A stretch of DNA of 64,000 nucleotides. It comes from Microbotryum violaceum. Lineage: Eukaryota. The stretch covers positions 3,301,591 through 3,365,590 of the forward strand of contig LN717261.1 in NCBI GenBank assembly GCA_001244265.2, given 5' to 3'. Positions 11,847 through 24,425 of this stretch are shown here, piece by piece. The notes below the pieces were generated by a model. That model saw nothing but the letters and a program-made list of their open reading frames with translations. It had not been told where the DNA came from and did not search any database. Made by a program: the position numbers and the translations under genes. Positions within the stretch are counted from its first letter, which is position 1; every line of letters starts with the position of its first letter.

Positions 11847-14686
11847 ATGTCGACTCGATCACCGGTGATGCCCTCCCCGCCCGTGCCTGTCCCGTATCCG
11901 AAACCTTGCAACCTCAACGGACCGTCCGCAGCCTCCTCCCCGGGGTCCAGTCCCACCTCTTCGAGTCCGAATCGACCCAACTACCCTTCGACGTTCAACG
12001 GACCGTCCAACCCCGCTGGCCCTTCGAGACCAAGGGGAGCTCGATCCTCGCTCTCGCAGCATGCCCGACGGCCTTCCAGAGCCGAGCGGTACGAAACACT
12101 CGTCGAGAATGCGAGAGCACTCTACAAAACTGCCTCAAGTGGAACCGAAGCACCTATTGCGGAAGGAAGTGTGGGTTTGGGATTCGAAGATTCGCTTCGC
12201 CAGCAGAATCGGTTCACGATCGAAGAATGGAGGGATACCGTCGGCGATTTGCTCAAGGTCGTGGATGGGATGGTACGTTTTGGCATTGGAGAGGAAAAGT
12301 TGAACATCCGAATGCGAAACCGATATCGTTCCTCCCTTTGACCCTTCCCAACACAGAGTCGGCAGTTGGCGACCCATGACGAACTTGCAGCACAACTCAA
12401 GATCGCTCAATCGAACCTGACGCTCGCCGAGACGCATTCTGAATACCTCGAAGAAGAACTTAGACGGAAGGAATCGCGTCACTCGGCTTCGTCGACTGTT
12501 GGGTCGACGGTCGGGTCCACCAGCCAGGTTTCGATGGTCGGTGGGGTCCTACCGCAGCGAGCAAATACCATCTCCTCTTATGAGGGGCGACACGAGAGCA
12601 ACGGAGCTTCATCACTATTTGGTGGCTTTGTCAACAACCTGCCCGGGAGCGTGTCGAGGGCTCGAAAGCAGACGCCGAGCGTGAGCAGCAACGCGAGTGC
12701 TCAATCGAATGTCCCGACCAACTCGCTCTTTGCTGGGCATCATCGATCCTCATCAACGTCACCCCAACCGGGGGACCTGACCAACGGCGACTCGCGATCT
12801 TCGGACGAGCGCATCGATCGCAATCACCTCCCCACCGACGTTTACGCGCTCCAGAACCAAGTCGCTTCGCTCGACCAAGCTCTCGCTTCCTTGCGCGACT
12901 CCAACACCGGTCTTCGGAAAGCCCACGACCAACTCGCGCTCAAATGCGCCGAATTGGAAAAGACCAAGGAGGATTTGATGGGCGAACTCGAGTCGTTGAG
13001 CGTAGAATTGTTCCAAGAGGCGAATACGATGGTCGCTTCTGAGCGCAAGCTTAGGGCTGCGGCGGAGGACGAGGTCACGAGGGTCAAGGGGGAACTTGCA
13101 AGGTTGACAAATGAGGTTAACGAGTTGAGAAGAGGGGCAATGATGAGGTCCGGAAGTGGGACTGGTTTGTCAAGTGCGGCTGTTGGGGCTCGACCGGCTT
13201 TGCCTGTACGAGCTGTGACGGACGAGGGCTATAACGGCCGGGCGACACTTAGTCCCATCCTCACCGACACACCTGCGGATTTCAGTCCCGAACATAATTC
13301 GCCCCAACTCGATTCAACAACGTCCAAATCAAGATGGTACAGCTTTGCTCGCCCCTCTTCCGCAGCGGGCAAGAAGGCCCCCACTCATCGAGATTCAGAG
13401 AACGAGGCGCAGTACGCGGTTGTATCGCCCCCAGGAGCATTTGCACCCCCTGGTCCGGCGACTGGCATGCTAAGAGCTGCATCATGTAACAGTGTCGTCT
13501 CCTTCCCAAGTCCCCAGTCGAACTACGCTTCGGCAAACGAATCATCACCTCTCGTAGGGTCGTCCGACGCGCAGTTCTCTCGACGTGGAGATGAAAAGGG
13601 GGCGAGTCGAGGTTCGCCTATAAATGGATCAGCTTCGACGTTCGGTGATGGAGCGGGTTCTGATCGACTGCGAGCATCGCAATCACGAGGATCGTCTGCG
13701 ACGAACTATCAGCCCGATGAGCCGAGTTTAACCGACGGGCTGAATGCACCCCCCTCTGCGCTGATCCATTCGACCTCGTCGCTTGCAACACGAGCACCCC
13801 GACCAATACCCTTGCACGAACTAGCAGCCCGAGAATTGGGTGCCGGTCGACCCGTTGCGATTTATTCCTTCGAAGGGGAGAGTACGGCCAAGTCCCCTCG
13901 CACTCCGAACGAGATGAGGTGGAAGGACGCAGCGAAGGAGATCACTTCCCCCATCTTACCGCCTTCATCACCCTGGGCGACGAACGCCCCGACGTTCCCG
14001 GATGCACCGGTGAACCCGTTAGTGAACGCGCCAGAGCTCGACGAGGCGCCTAAGACTACGATGACTCGAGTTAGTCAGATCCCGCTTTCAAGTTCTGCAC
14101 CCCCTCAACAGGATGAGGTTCCTATTGAATCAGGGCAAGCGGGGTTCAGGCGTTCACCGGCAATATTGAAGCTTGACACGGCAGAGGGACCATCTCGTCA
14201 ACTTCCACCGCGACGATCTCGGCTTCATCCTCCGTCGTACCAAGCCGAACCTCGAGCGGCGACTTCCACAGTTACCCCCTTTCCGCCCGATCGAAATCCA
14301 ACGACCCGCGACTCCTCGCTTCTTCCTCTTCATCCTCCCTCTCAAACCACCTCTTCACCCCCACTTCAACCCGCGGTTCCAACCCCAACAAACCCGTGGG
14401 GAACACCACTCAACGTCCCGCCTTCTCCCGCTCAGCGTCCTACGGCCGCCCTTCGTCCAACGCATCGACGTCACCACTTACGTCCTTCCGCCCCGATTTA
14501 CCAACCTCAGTTTCGAATTCCTCGATAGCTTCAACCTCAACTTCGAATCGAACGGCGGAGGATTTGGATGATTTGATGAGGAATATCGCGGATATGCAAC
14601 TTTGGGTCGATGAGTTGAATGGTAGTGGTGGTGATGGTACAAGTGGGACGACTACGGGTGTTGGGGAGGGTACGAAGATGGGGTAA
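11847..14686 (+). CDS. Sec2-domain (Rab GEF coiled-coil) protein; apparent 1-nt frameshift near 14.3-14.42 kb
   Basis: KEDLMGELESLSVELFQEANTMVASERK matches the Sec2p signature. One intron at about 12273-12356. The C-terminal EDLDDLMRNIADM lies in the adjacent frame. Confidence 0.8.
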
Positions 14687-15329
14687 AGAAAACAAAGACA
14701 CTTGATCGTTTCAGCGAAGGTACGAACACCGGCCCCTTTTTTCTTCCCGTATCGACCTCTTTTTTTTATTTTTTATTTTTATCTATCAGACCTGTAGTCC
14801 TTTGACGATTGTCTTTGATTATTCACGGCTATTGCAACGATGTGCCCACCATACAATGAACTTTTGGATTACCCGTCCACCCACCCTGCATCGCTCTCGG
14901 TGCTTCTCTGCACTAGCTTTCGTTCTCTCGATCGAGTATTCAACGGAGAAAAACGCCCGATAGAAGCAGTTCGAATTACGTGAACGAGAGAATGAGGTGG
15001 AGAGAAAGGAGTAATCGGAAAGAAGAAAGGGTTTAATGAAAAAGAAGAAGAAGAAAAATACGAGGACCCCCTAGAAAATGATGACCAACCAAAGGATGAG
15101 AAGCGTATAGAAAGCGAAAGGAACAACCATGCGAGACCCTACTGGTAGGGAAGTCAAGTATATTAAGAAAAAAGCAAGGAGAAGGGTGCGTGGAGATAGA
15201 GAGGCCGTGAGGGAGAAAAGAGTGATTTCAATAAGTGAAGTGAGGTGGGGAGTGCAAAGACAGTGGTGGTCTTCCAAAGGAGACAAGGATGTATTTTAAG
15301 TTTTGTTCATCGATACGTGTGGGTTCTCC

Positions 15330-18300
15330 TCACGAAGGCCCCAACTCCAGCGCACCGAGCAATTGATCATAAACGTGCTTATACGACCACGGAGAACCCT
15401 TGACGCGCTTCAAATCGACGCAGTACAATCGTTCGAGGTGTTTGACGCGCGTGATCTCGACGTGGAAACGAACCTCATCGCCTGAATCGCTCGAACCTTC
15501 CCCATAGATAGGTGCCGGTTGTTGGGTTTGTGTACCGAGCATACCACCGATTGGACCTGATGACAAGCACGGGGTCATGGCGGGTGAGAGTAGCGGGTCA
15601 GGGGAATTGAGTGCGCTCGAGGCGGCGCCGATGGTCGTACCCGAGGTTTTGCGAGCAAAGAACCCACGGAACGACATCGAGGGGCTTTGCGCGAGGTTCG
15701 ATGTCATCGAAGGTGAGGCCGACATGCGACTCGACATGCTCGAATTCAACAACTCGCGATGATCTCCGTCGGTGCTGGTTGCGGCAGGAGGATCGAATCC
15801 CAGACCGGCGAGTTGGAGCTGCTGCGCCTTTTTGCGACTCTTACGAACGCACTTGACCCTGAAGTCGGTCTCCATGACCATCTCGACACCCATCTTCCAC
15901 AGGGCGTTGCGGATGTCGACCATGACCTCGGGAGGGGAACGGTACGTCAAAGCGTGTTTGTCCAAGGCTCCCTGGTGCACCCTGAGACGGCCTGGCACGA
16001 ACTGGGGTTCCACGACGGCGGGAGCAGGCTTGGCAACGGCCATCGTCGTTGTGTTGGAAGACACCGTCGTCGCCTTGGTCGAAGTCGTCGTGCTGCTCAC
16101 GAGGCTTTGTGCGCCACCGGAAACCGATCTCGACGATTGCGGCGAGCTTTGCTGCTTCGGCGGAGCAGTCGAAGGCGTGAGCACGACAGCGGGGGTGGTT
16201 CGATCGTAGGTGTCGCGAACGGCGTCACGGAAGAACTGGCCATCGACGTCGTCTGACTGCTCGCGCGACTCGGCAGGGAAGGCATCATCGACATCGGTCG
16301 TGTGCGACGAGACGAAGTTGACCTCGATTCGCCATCCTGCGCGCCATTTGGAGTCGTCGAAACGAAGTTGAACGATCCAGCATCGGAAGGTCCGGGCGCG
16401 CGAGTCGAACGACGACGGAACCAATCCATGACGGACTTGGCTTTGCTTCCGGGAGCGGAGGAGGATCCCGGGGTATTAGAGGACGCCCACGCGGCTTCGA
16501 GGTCGCGAGAACGACCGCTCGGTGTAACCGGAGCGGCGGCGGACGAACGCGTGGAGGGACGACTCGTATTCGACGAGGCAGGGGCCGGTGGTGGGCCCAT
16601 CGAACCCCTTCTCGTCGACGACGATGTCGCAGCTGGCTTCGGAGTGGTAATTGCAGGTGGACGTGTGTTTTCGCTGATCGTAGCCGAACTGCTCGGTGCC
16701 TTGGACGCCTTGCTCGAAGTGCTCTTGAAGGGCTGCAGACTCATCGCCTTCTGTCGCCGACTCTTGCGTCTTTCAGATTTGGCCGCTTCATCAACCGCGT
16801 TCGAGGATTCCGATCGCTCAGACGTCGTGGATTTGCGCGGCACGGGTGATCCGGGTGTCGGACCGGGCAGAAGGCCGCGCAAGGAGAAACGACCACTACC
16901 GGATCTCGAACGATTCGTCTCGCCAAACTCGGTGAGAGGTGTCGGCGCCGACGTCTTTTTGGCCCGAGGCGTCGTATCTGCATCAGATTTCGAGCGTGTC
17001 GGAGTCGAGGGGACCGCAGGAAGTGTGTCGGGTTTGCTTGCCGCGAGTGCATGGGCGGACGGTAGTGACTTGAGTTGATCGACTTCTGAAGCATCGGCAG
17101 AGTTCTTTCGCTTCTTGGGCGTGCTGACACACGAAGGCGCATCCTTCGTAGGCGTCGAGGGTGTCGTAGATGGTGTGGGCAGAGGAACGAGTGGCGGTGT
17201 CGTGGGCCGAGTGACCTCCTTGGACTCTTCAACCAGGGTAGCCGAGGGGGTGGTGGGGGGAACTGAGGGGGCATGTAAAAGACCTTATCGTCAGAAAACC
17301 CCGGGAAAAAAATTAAGGCGGCAGCAGCACTCACGTTCCGCCGTCTTGGCCTGTGGCGCAGATACCATATCCACATCTTCAGCCGGCGTCGCCGGACCAG
17401 ACACCTCAACTCGCTTCGTCGCGTTCCGGGCAGCAGCTTCCGAATCGTATTCGACCTGGACTGTAGCGCGATGCGATGCCTTGCGTCGTTGCGAAGCCGC
17501 TTCTGCCGCACTCGAGCTCGTAGCTGCACCGGCGGACGAGACCCGCGGAGTCGAAGCGGTGCTCGGCGTCGCCCCTGCTGTCGTTGAAGATCGCCGACTG
17601 GCGCGACTTGAAGTTGAAGGTTGCCTAGAGGTCGACGGTCGAGGCATGTCAACTACCATGAGATCGTCTTGGGTAGGGATCGAAGGTGGGTCCGGAGGAG
17701 CCGAGAACGAAGGTGTCATCGCTACCGAAGCCGGTGAAGGCCCACTCGCGCTCGAACTGGAGTTCGACCCCTTGGCTCCACTTCGAGGTTCGAAGGTGAA
17801 GTGATCGGCATCGACGGTGATGCGCTGCGTTTGTGTTGTCGGCGGCGAGGAGGCGCCGAACGAGTTGTTGCCTGCTCGACGACCGACCGCACCAGGGAGG
17901 ACGATCGAAGTTCGGGTTTCTCGAATGGGTACGGGAGCGCTAGCGGGTGTTTCCTCCTCTTGAACCGAAGTCGTGGGGAAGGCATGGGTGTCGAGGCCCG
18001 TCTGCTGCGACGCCGATTGAGCCATCGCGGTCTTGTACCGAGTCCCACTTGAAGGTGGTCCCGTTGAAGTATGGCTTCTCGTCATGCCAGTCGCCATGAT
18101 CCCCAACCCACTCGTTTGCTGCTGCGCCGATTGTTGCTGCTGCTGTTGCGCCTGTTGCTGAGCGTACTGCTGGACAAGGAACTGCCGCTGCGCCTCCAGC
18201 GCTTGACGCTTCCACAACTCCTGCTCTTGCGCCTGCTTCTCCAATTCGGCGACGGTCCGTTCGAAGTGTGCTGCGAACTTGCGCAACCACGAATGCCGCA

Positions 18301-19814
18301 TTACGTCTTCGATCGTGCATCGCTTGATCGGGTCGGGCACAAGCATCAACAACAACAACTCGCGCGGCTCGGCCGTAATCCACTCGGGAAATGTCAAGGG
18401 CGTGTTGATGATGTACTTGTAGAGCAAGTTGATGTTGTCGCCCTCGGGGTTGGTCGGATCGTCATCATATGGCAAGTAGCCAGCGAGCATGGCGTACAGA
18501 ATCACACCGCATGACCAAACATCCACCGCCGTACCGACGTATTTCCCTTCCTGCACGACGAGTTCCGGGGCAGCGTAGCAAGGCGATCCGCACGACGTCG
18601 CCATCAGATCTCGACCCGCATCCTCGAAGCGATTGGCAAAGCCGAAATCGGTGATCTGAACGTTGCGATTTCGATCGAGGAGCAAGTTCTCGAGCTTGAG
18701 ATCCCGATGAACGATACCCTTAGCGTGCAAGTACCCGACACCGGAGATGAGTTGTGCGAACAATCGCGACGCGTCGCGTTCTTTGAGGTATCGATGCGCG
18801 AGGATGTGGTCGAACAATTCTCCACCTGATGCGTATTCGAGAACAATACCAATGTACTTGTCCGTTTCGATGACGTCGTACAAGCGCACAATGTTGGGAT
18901 GTCGCACGGACTGAAGCGGATAGCAAGAAGAGAAAAGAAATGGGCTTGTCAGTCAACCTCACGTGGCCTTCGCCCCACCTCAAAAAGTGATGACCCACCT
19001 TGAGCACCTCGATCTCCCTCCTGACTTTCTCACCGCGTTGCGCCGTGTCGACATTCCCCCTTTTGATCAACTTGATTGCGACGTCCTCACCCCATCGCTC
19101 AGAATGCACGCCAAGCTTGACTTTACCGAACTCGCCCTCGCCAAGCGTCTGGAGGAGGATGTAAGGCCCAAAAAAGATCTTCTGTCTTGGCATTGGGTGA
19201 GGAGTGTACAGTTGTGGGTAAGGGCCGAGGGAAGCGGCGGTGTTGGTCGTCGAGGTTGGCAGGTAGCCGACCGATTGGCGAACACGTTGCGCACTCGCAG
19301 GCGGTGGCGCGGCCCCGCCCGACGTGCCAGACGAGTTCGCACCACCGCCAATGAAAGGTGCAATCGGGGAGGATACGGGAGCGGCAACGGACATGGGGCG
19401 TTGTGCATGGTATTGGTGGTGCGAAGGCTGAGGGGGAGGGAGCAATTCTTGCACTTGCGAGCTGCGCCGGGAGGAAGACGAGGTGGTATCCGACGACGGG
19501 ACCGTCGGTGAAGGCGAGGGACTACTACCGGGCTGCCGTCGGTTATTAGGATTGAAAGGCGGAATGACGAGACTCGCATCAATCGAGACCGGCCGTCGGG
19601 CAGCAGCAGACCCGCCATTGCCCGGCGGGGGCGACGGGTAGCGTGTCGCGGCCTCCTCTCGTTGTCGCGTCGCATTCGCGGTTGATTCTCGCTTGCTCCG
19701 CCTACGCTCCTCGTTCGGGCGACTCGAGGGGTCGGGTGACGGTTGGGCATCCGAATAGATCTCGGGAGAGGAAGGCGAAGGCGAGAAGGGGTACGCGGCC
19801 GAGGGGGTCGTCAT
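15330..19814 (-). CDS. CAMK-group Ser/Thr kinase, Kin4/Frk1-like, with C-terminal KA1 domain; apparent frameshift at the G5 run 16191-16195
   Basis: Kinase motifs [28 protein letters not shown] and [14 protein letters not shown]1-like end [35 protein letters not shown]. Two introns. Confidence 0.92.
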
Positions 19815-22130
19815 CGCGACGAAGTATCACGTTTTGGGCAGAGGGGGGGGGGGAGGGATCGATAATCTGACCGGAAATGGAACCACGAGAGTGCGAGAGT
19901 GCACAAGATGGCCAAGAGTAGGAACGGGGTCAGCGTAATGATCTCGATCCGCGATGTTCCATCGTCCGTATCAATTTGAGGATCGGCTGTCTCTTCTTCT
20001 TGCAGATCCGTCGTCGCGTGCGGCTTAGGAGGTGGTGCGCCATCGCGCCCCCCTGATCGTTTCAAGCGAGGCGACAAAGACAAAGCGATCGCCTGACTTG
20101 GCAAGGCGTTCCTGTCTCGCTGACGATCCAGATTGGCTCGAAACCCAAACCATAGTCGGGGATAGGATGTTCCTGCTGTGTGGCTCCTCTGGGTAGAACC
20201 ACGTCGCCAATCGCAACAGCCAGGAGGCTCCCACGGCACCGCGAGATGGAGATGCCCAGTCCGCCCCACGCGCGAAATGAAAGCGATGAAGCGAACCCAG
20301 CTCACCTGTATCTGAGCTCGTTTATAACTTGGTCGCAAGTACCGTAGTCGAATCGATGGTGTGAATGTAATCTAAAGTAGTCTATGTATCGAATGAGAGT
20401 GTCGCGTCGGGCCAAGACGCGTTGTAGTCGATGGCAGCGACGTGTTTGCGTCGGGCTGGACGGTTACCGCGAAACGAGTCTGAGACACACGAAGCGTGAG
20501 CGGTGCGGAGGTCGACGAGGGTTCGAGGTTGTGGAAACGAGTGACGAAACGCGTGGGTGTGGAATCCAAGATCGTCCGATTTGGATGGACAGGACGTGGG
20601 GGAAAGGGGACAATCGCCGTCGACAAGGTGCGAAGCGGGAGGGGTTTTTGATTAGGGACGACGACGACGACGACGAGTAGTTGACGACGCGCACGTTTGC
20701 GAGCAGTGTTCCACAGCGAGAGAGAGAGGCGTAGCAGAATAGACCAGGGTCAGCAAAGGATAGGAGCACCAAGTGTCGAGTCTTTTGGTTTTGACTGACC
20801 GTTGCCTGAAGCGAGTGTGTTGCGAGTCGCAAGTCACGCAGACCAAGAGACGACGTATGCCGAAACGGTGTTCGGTGCAGCGAGAGCGCGCGCAGGCAAA
20901 GGCAGGCTGCAGACGCTGGCGGCGCAGGGTGGCGCTGTGGTGGTGGCGGGACGACGGCGGGCTCAGAAGCTCAGACACTGACGCGACGCGATGCGCTCGC
21001 TCGGTCCAGCGCGAGACAGTCGAGGTGTTGGCACAGCGCGAGTTCGTCCACCAACAAGCGGGCTGGTCGATTCAAGAGTCACTCCAACGCGTCACCGAAT
21101 GCAGGTTGGTGCAGCACGACGCGACGGCCAAAGGGGGAACGTGTGGTTACCAACTCGATCGAGACAAAAGCAAAGAGCGCTCTCATTTCAGGCGTACACC
21201 GCCCCCAGGCTGCGTGAATGCTGTTTGGCGCGCGCTCAATGCCGAATCACGAAGGTTGGATGAATGCGCCGCCCAGAATGCTTAATCTGCGTTCGGGTAA
21301 ATCACCACTCCACCATACCTTTCCAGTCGAGGCACCAGCGGCCGGCCGGGGCCCCCACATGACCGATCGGTGGTCAGCATTCGGCATGAACAATTCGCAG
21401 TCTCCCCTAAACAAAGCGCAAAGAGATATCATGGGCTCGGCACAGGAGCTCTTTGGGTCGGGCATCGGCACCGGCAGCGCCAGGCCTTGACTGCACCCCC
21501 TGTCTCGCTTCATGCGCCAGATCGTCTCAGACTCATCGGTCTATCGGATCGGAGAACGGCCATCACGGAGGAGATATGAAGACGGCTTGGATATTCTCGA
21601 GGCGTCTTTTGTGATCGAAACGATGATACGAGAAGTGAGTGTAAACCATCGGGTATTGTCATGCGCGGGAAGACATCGGGTAGCTGTTTTGAACTCGCAC
21701 TCGGAGAACGTCGACCGTCCCTGACCACCCGCCGACGAGGAGGTGAGATCTCCGCGTGACCCCAACTTTGCTGTTTTCGATGGCATCGACAGTCTATTTT
21801 CAGTTCGTAGCACGCATCCACCCTAATTTTTCTCCTTAAAAACAGCCCTTTCACCTATCTAAACAAGCTTCGATGTACTACTAGCTGCTCCAAACGGACG
21901 GACGCTGCTCGGCTCGCTCCGATTGGGACCCGTGCGCCGGGTGTGTGCTGTGCTCGAGCCTTGGCGCTCCGTCCTCTTTCTTTCCTTTCTCTTCCCTGCA
22001 CTCCCCTTCTCTTCCACGAATCGTGAATAAGCCGACGTACAGCTCTGTCCACTTTGTTGTACATCCCAACTGTAGCCAGTTCCCGGAACGCCGACTCCAG
22101 CTCCTCCTTGCTCCAGAGTTCACGACGACG

Positions 22131-23697
22131 ATGGCGCCCCCACATGACGGCACCACTTCGAGTTCGCGACGACGTCTCCATACTAGTCGAAACCTCCGTT
22201 TTTCCGCGGTTCATACCAAGACCTTGATGACGTTATTGGCGATCTCTTCAACCCTGATGGTGCAAGCTCAGAACGCTGTCTACCCTCAACCTACGGATAT
22301 CTCGGGTAGTGAGTACTAGTGCAGCCCTTAAGATTTGAGAACCCGCCGCTCGGGTTTCGTTCGCGATGCTCGGAATGCGCTCTTGGAGCTGAGCTGAGCT
22401 CGACATCGTGGAGAGCGCTGTTCATAGGCATACTACACATAAGTAGAGAATGAATAGACAAAGAACTGACCTTCACTTGTGTTCAATCTTCTACAGCTGG
22501 CCCCAAACCACCTGCCGTGAAAAGTCCGGCGAATGGCACCTGGGCCACTCCAAGCGCGCCCGTGACGGATGGCAATGGTGTTCACGTACCACCGGCTTCG
22601 GAAACCGGTCTCGGAAGACAAGCCCACGTTCGAAGTGCAACGGATTTCTGCGTAAGTCGTGCCGCGCAGCTTTCCCTAGAGGGACTTGGAGATGAGACTC
22701 GGCAAGATTTTCTCCTACTTTTTGAACTGACGTTTGCTCGCTTGCCCTACGTGACCACAGTTGTTCATGCCCCCAGACCCAGTCAACGAGAACCTCGTCG
22801 ACGCCGAAGCAGATGCCGTAGCCTACTGTTTCAACGCCGTCAACGGTACGCGCCCCATGCCCGACGGCTTCGTGCAAACGGCCCATTTCCGAAAAACGGC
22901 CAACTATGTCCAAGTCAGCGGCACGTACGATTGGCGAAAGATGAATCTCAACCCTTACGACTGTGGAGGTGAATACGACAACCACGGTCCATCAGGCACA
23001 GGGAACCCCGTTGGAGCAGCGATCGATGGCGGACAGGACTTCTTCCAGTTCCTCGGATCGTGCGATACGGTCGGGGTAGGACAGTTCGTCATTCGGTCTT
23101 GCTTCGGACCAAGGTCCTATCCATATTGTAGGAATACGTTTGATCTGATGGGGTCGCTGTGGGTCGCTCCCGGGGATTATCGAGAACCTGGGTTCACGTC
23201 CTGTTCAGCCGATTCGGATCTACCCGTTGGAGTTTACAATTCATCGTACACGTTTGCGCAAGGTCAATCGTACACGCCTCCGGCCGTTACGGCGCCTTCT
23301 TCATCCATGGTGAGTAACACGGAAACCCTAGGGCGCGAAGTTGCGAGCTCACATGTCTTGCGCGTTACTCCGAAAACTTGATCAGTGTTCAACCACCGCC
23401 TCCCCCTCCGCCTCGGGAGTGACCTACGCTTGGGCTCAATCTGGCTACCAACAAGCCATTTCTGGCGGTGCAGCATCGCCAACCGCCACAGAATCCGCTT
23501 CTGCTACGACAAGCAGTAGTGCGGTGGCTTCATCGACGATCACTTCCGCACCGACCGCGTCCGCAGCGGCTTCGACTACGACCCAACCTGCGGTTGTTAC
23601 GACAACGAGCAGTACGAGCGGTGCGTGGCATCTAGTAGCTGCTGTATCAGCACTGGGAATGGTGTTCTTATCGATTGTGATGGCGTTCTTGGCTTGA
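22131..23697 (+). CDS. Secreted, probably GPI-anchored Ser/Thr-rich glycoprotein (basidiomycete macrophage-activating-glycoprotein-like family)
   Basis: Hydrophobic N-terminal segment, then a Cys-containing domain AVAYC..GTRPMPDGFVQTAHF..YVQVSG..DCGGEYDNHG, an S/T/A stalk and a hydrophobic C-terminus after SGA. Confidence 0.75.
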
Positions 23698-24425
23698 TTT
23701 GTTTGTGTACTTTGAATCGGCGGACTCGTCTTCTTAGCTTGGAGCCCCTTTTTGTTAATCTTGAGTCGAAGATCGACAGCAGCGCAGACAATCTATGTTC
23801 ATGCCGGCAGCCTGAGAGCATCTCTGTGCTGTGCTGTGCTGATGCCCGTGTCTGCTCCCACTCGATACCGCCAGCGCGAACATCGAAATGCGAGCTGGCT
23901 TCGACTCAGAGCTCAACGAGGTCCCAGAACCCTGCTCGATCGCGGCTTGAGTCGGTACAACAAACTGGTCCTCACTTTTTGTGATTGGCGCATCATGGTT
24001 CATGCCAAGGAAACCTCGAAGCCGCTCGGGCCTTCTCGTCGACGCCGGCAGGAGCCCCTTGCTGAAGATCGGGCCACTTCTGAACGGTTTCTCGACTTGT
24101 CGGGTTCCGAGGAACGGGTCGGGGCCTCACCGGTGGTCCCCTGCTTCATTTCAAGCCCAAGCGATGATTTATTTTCGCCACAAGAGCTCATGCGTCCCTT
24201 TCCTTCTTACCTCCACATCAACTCAATAACATATCTTTTCGTTTTTCTTCCCTTCAATCTCGCTGGTCGAGATCCTCTTCCCTCCTTCATTCGGTGTCCT
24301 CCCTCGTCGTCTGGACGCGAGCCGGTCACGCGGCCACTTGAACCGAAATTCGAAGCTGGCCTTTGTTCATCACCTTAAAGACGACCCGTGCACGGCATTC
24401 GAGTTTCCGTGTTTACATACAGGAT

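Noticed and set aside
15577-19750. Long antisense and alternate-frame ORFs over the kinase
   Set aside because: Expected shadows of GC-rich, low-complexity coding sequence.
19811-20338. Upstream ORF ending in an ATGA stop-start overlap with the kinase
   Set aside because: No ATG in that frame, a likely leader intron within it, and a long G run that makes the frame unreliable.
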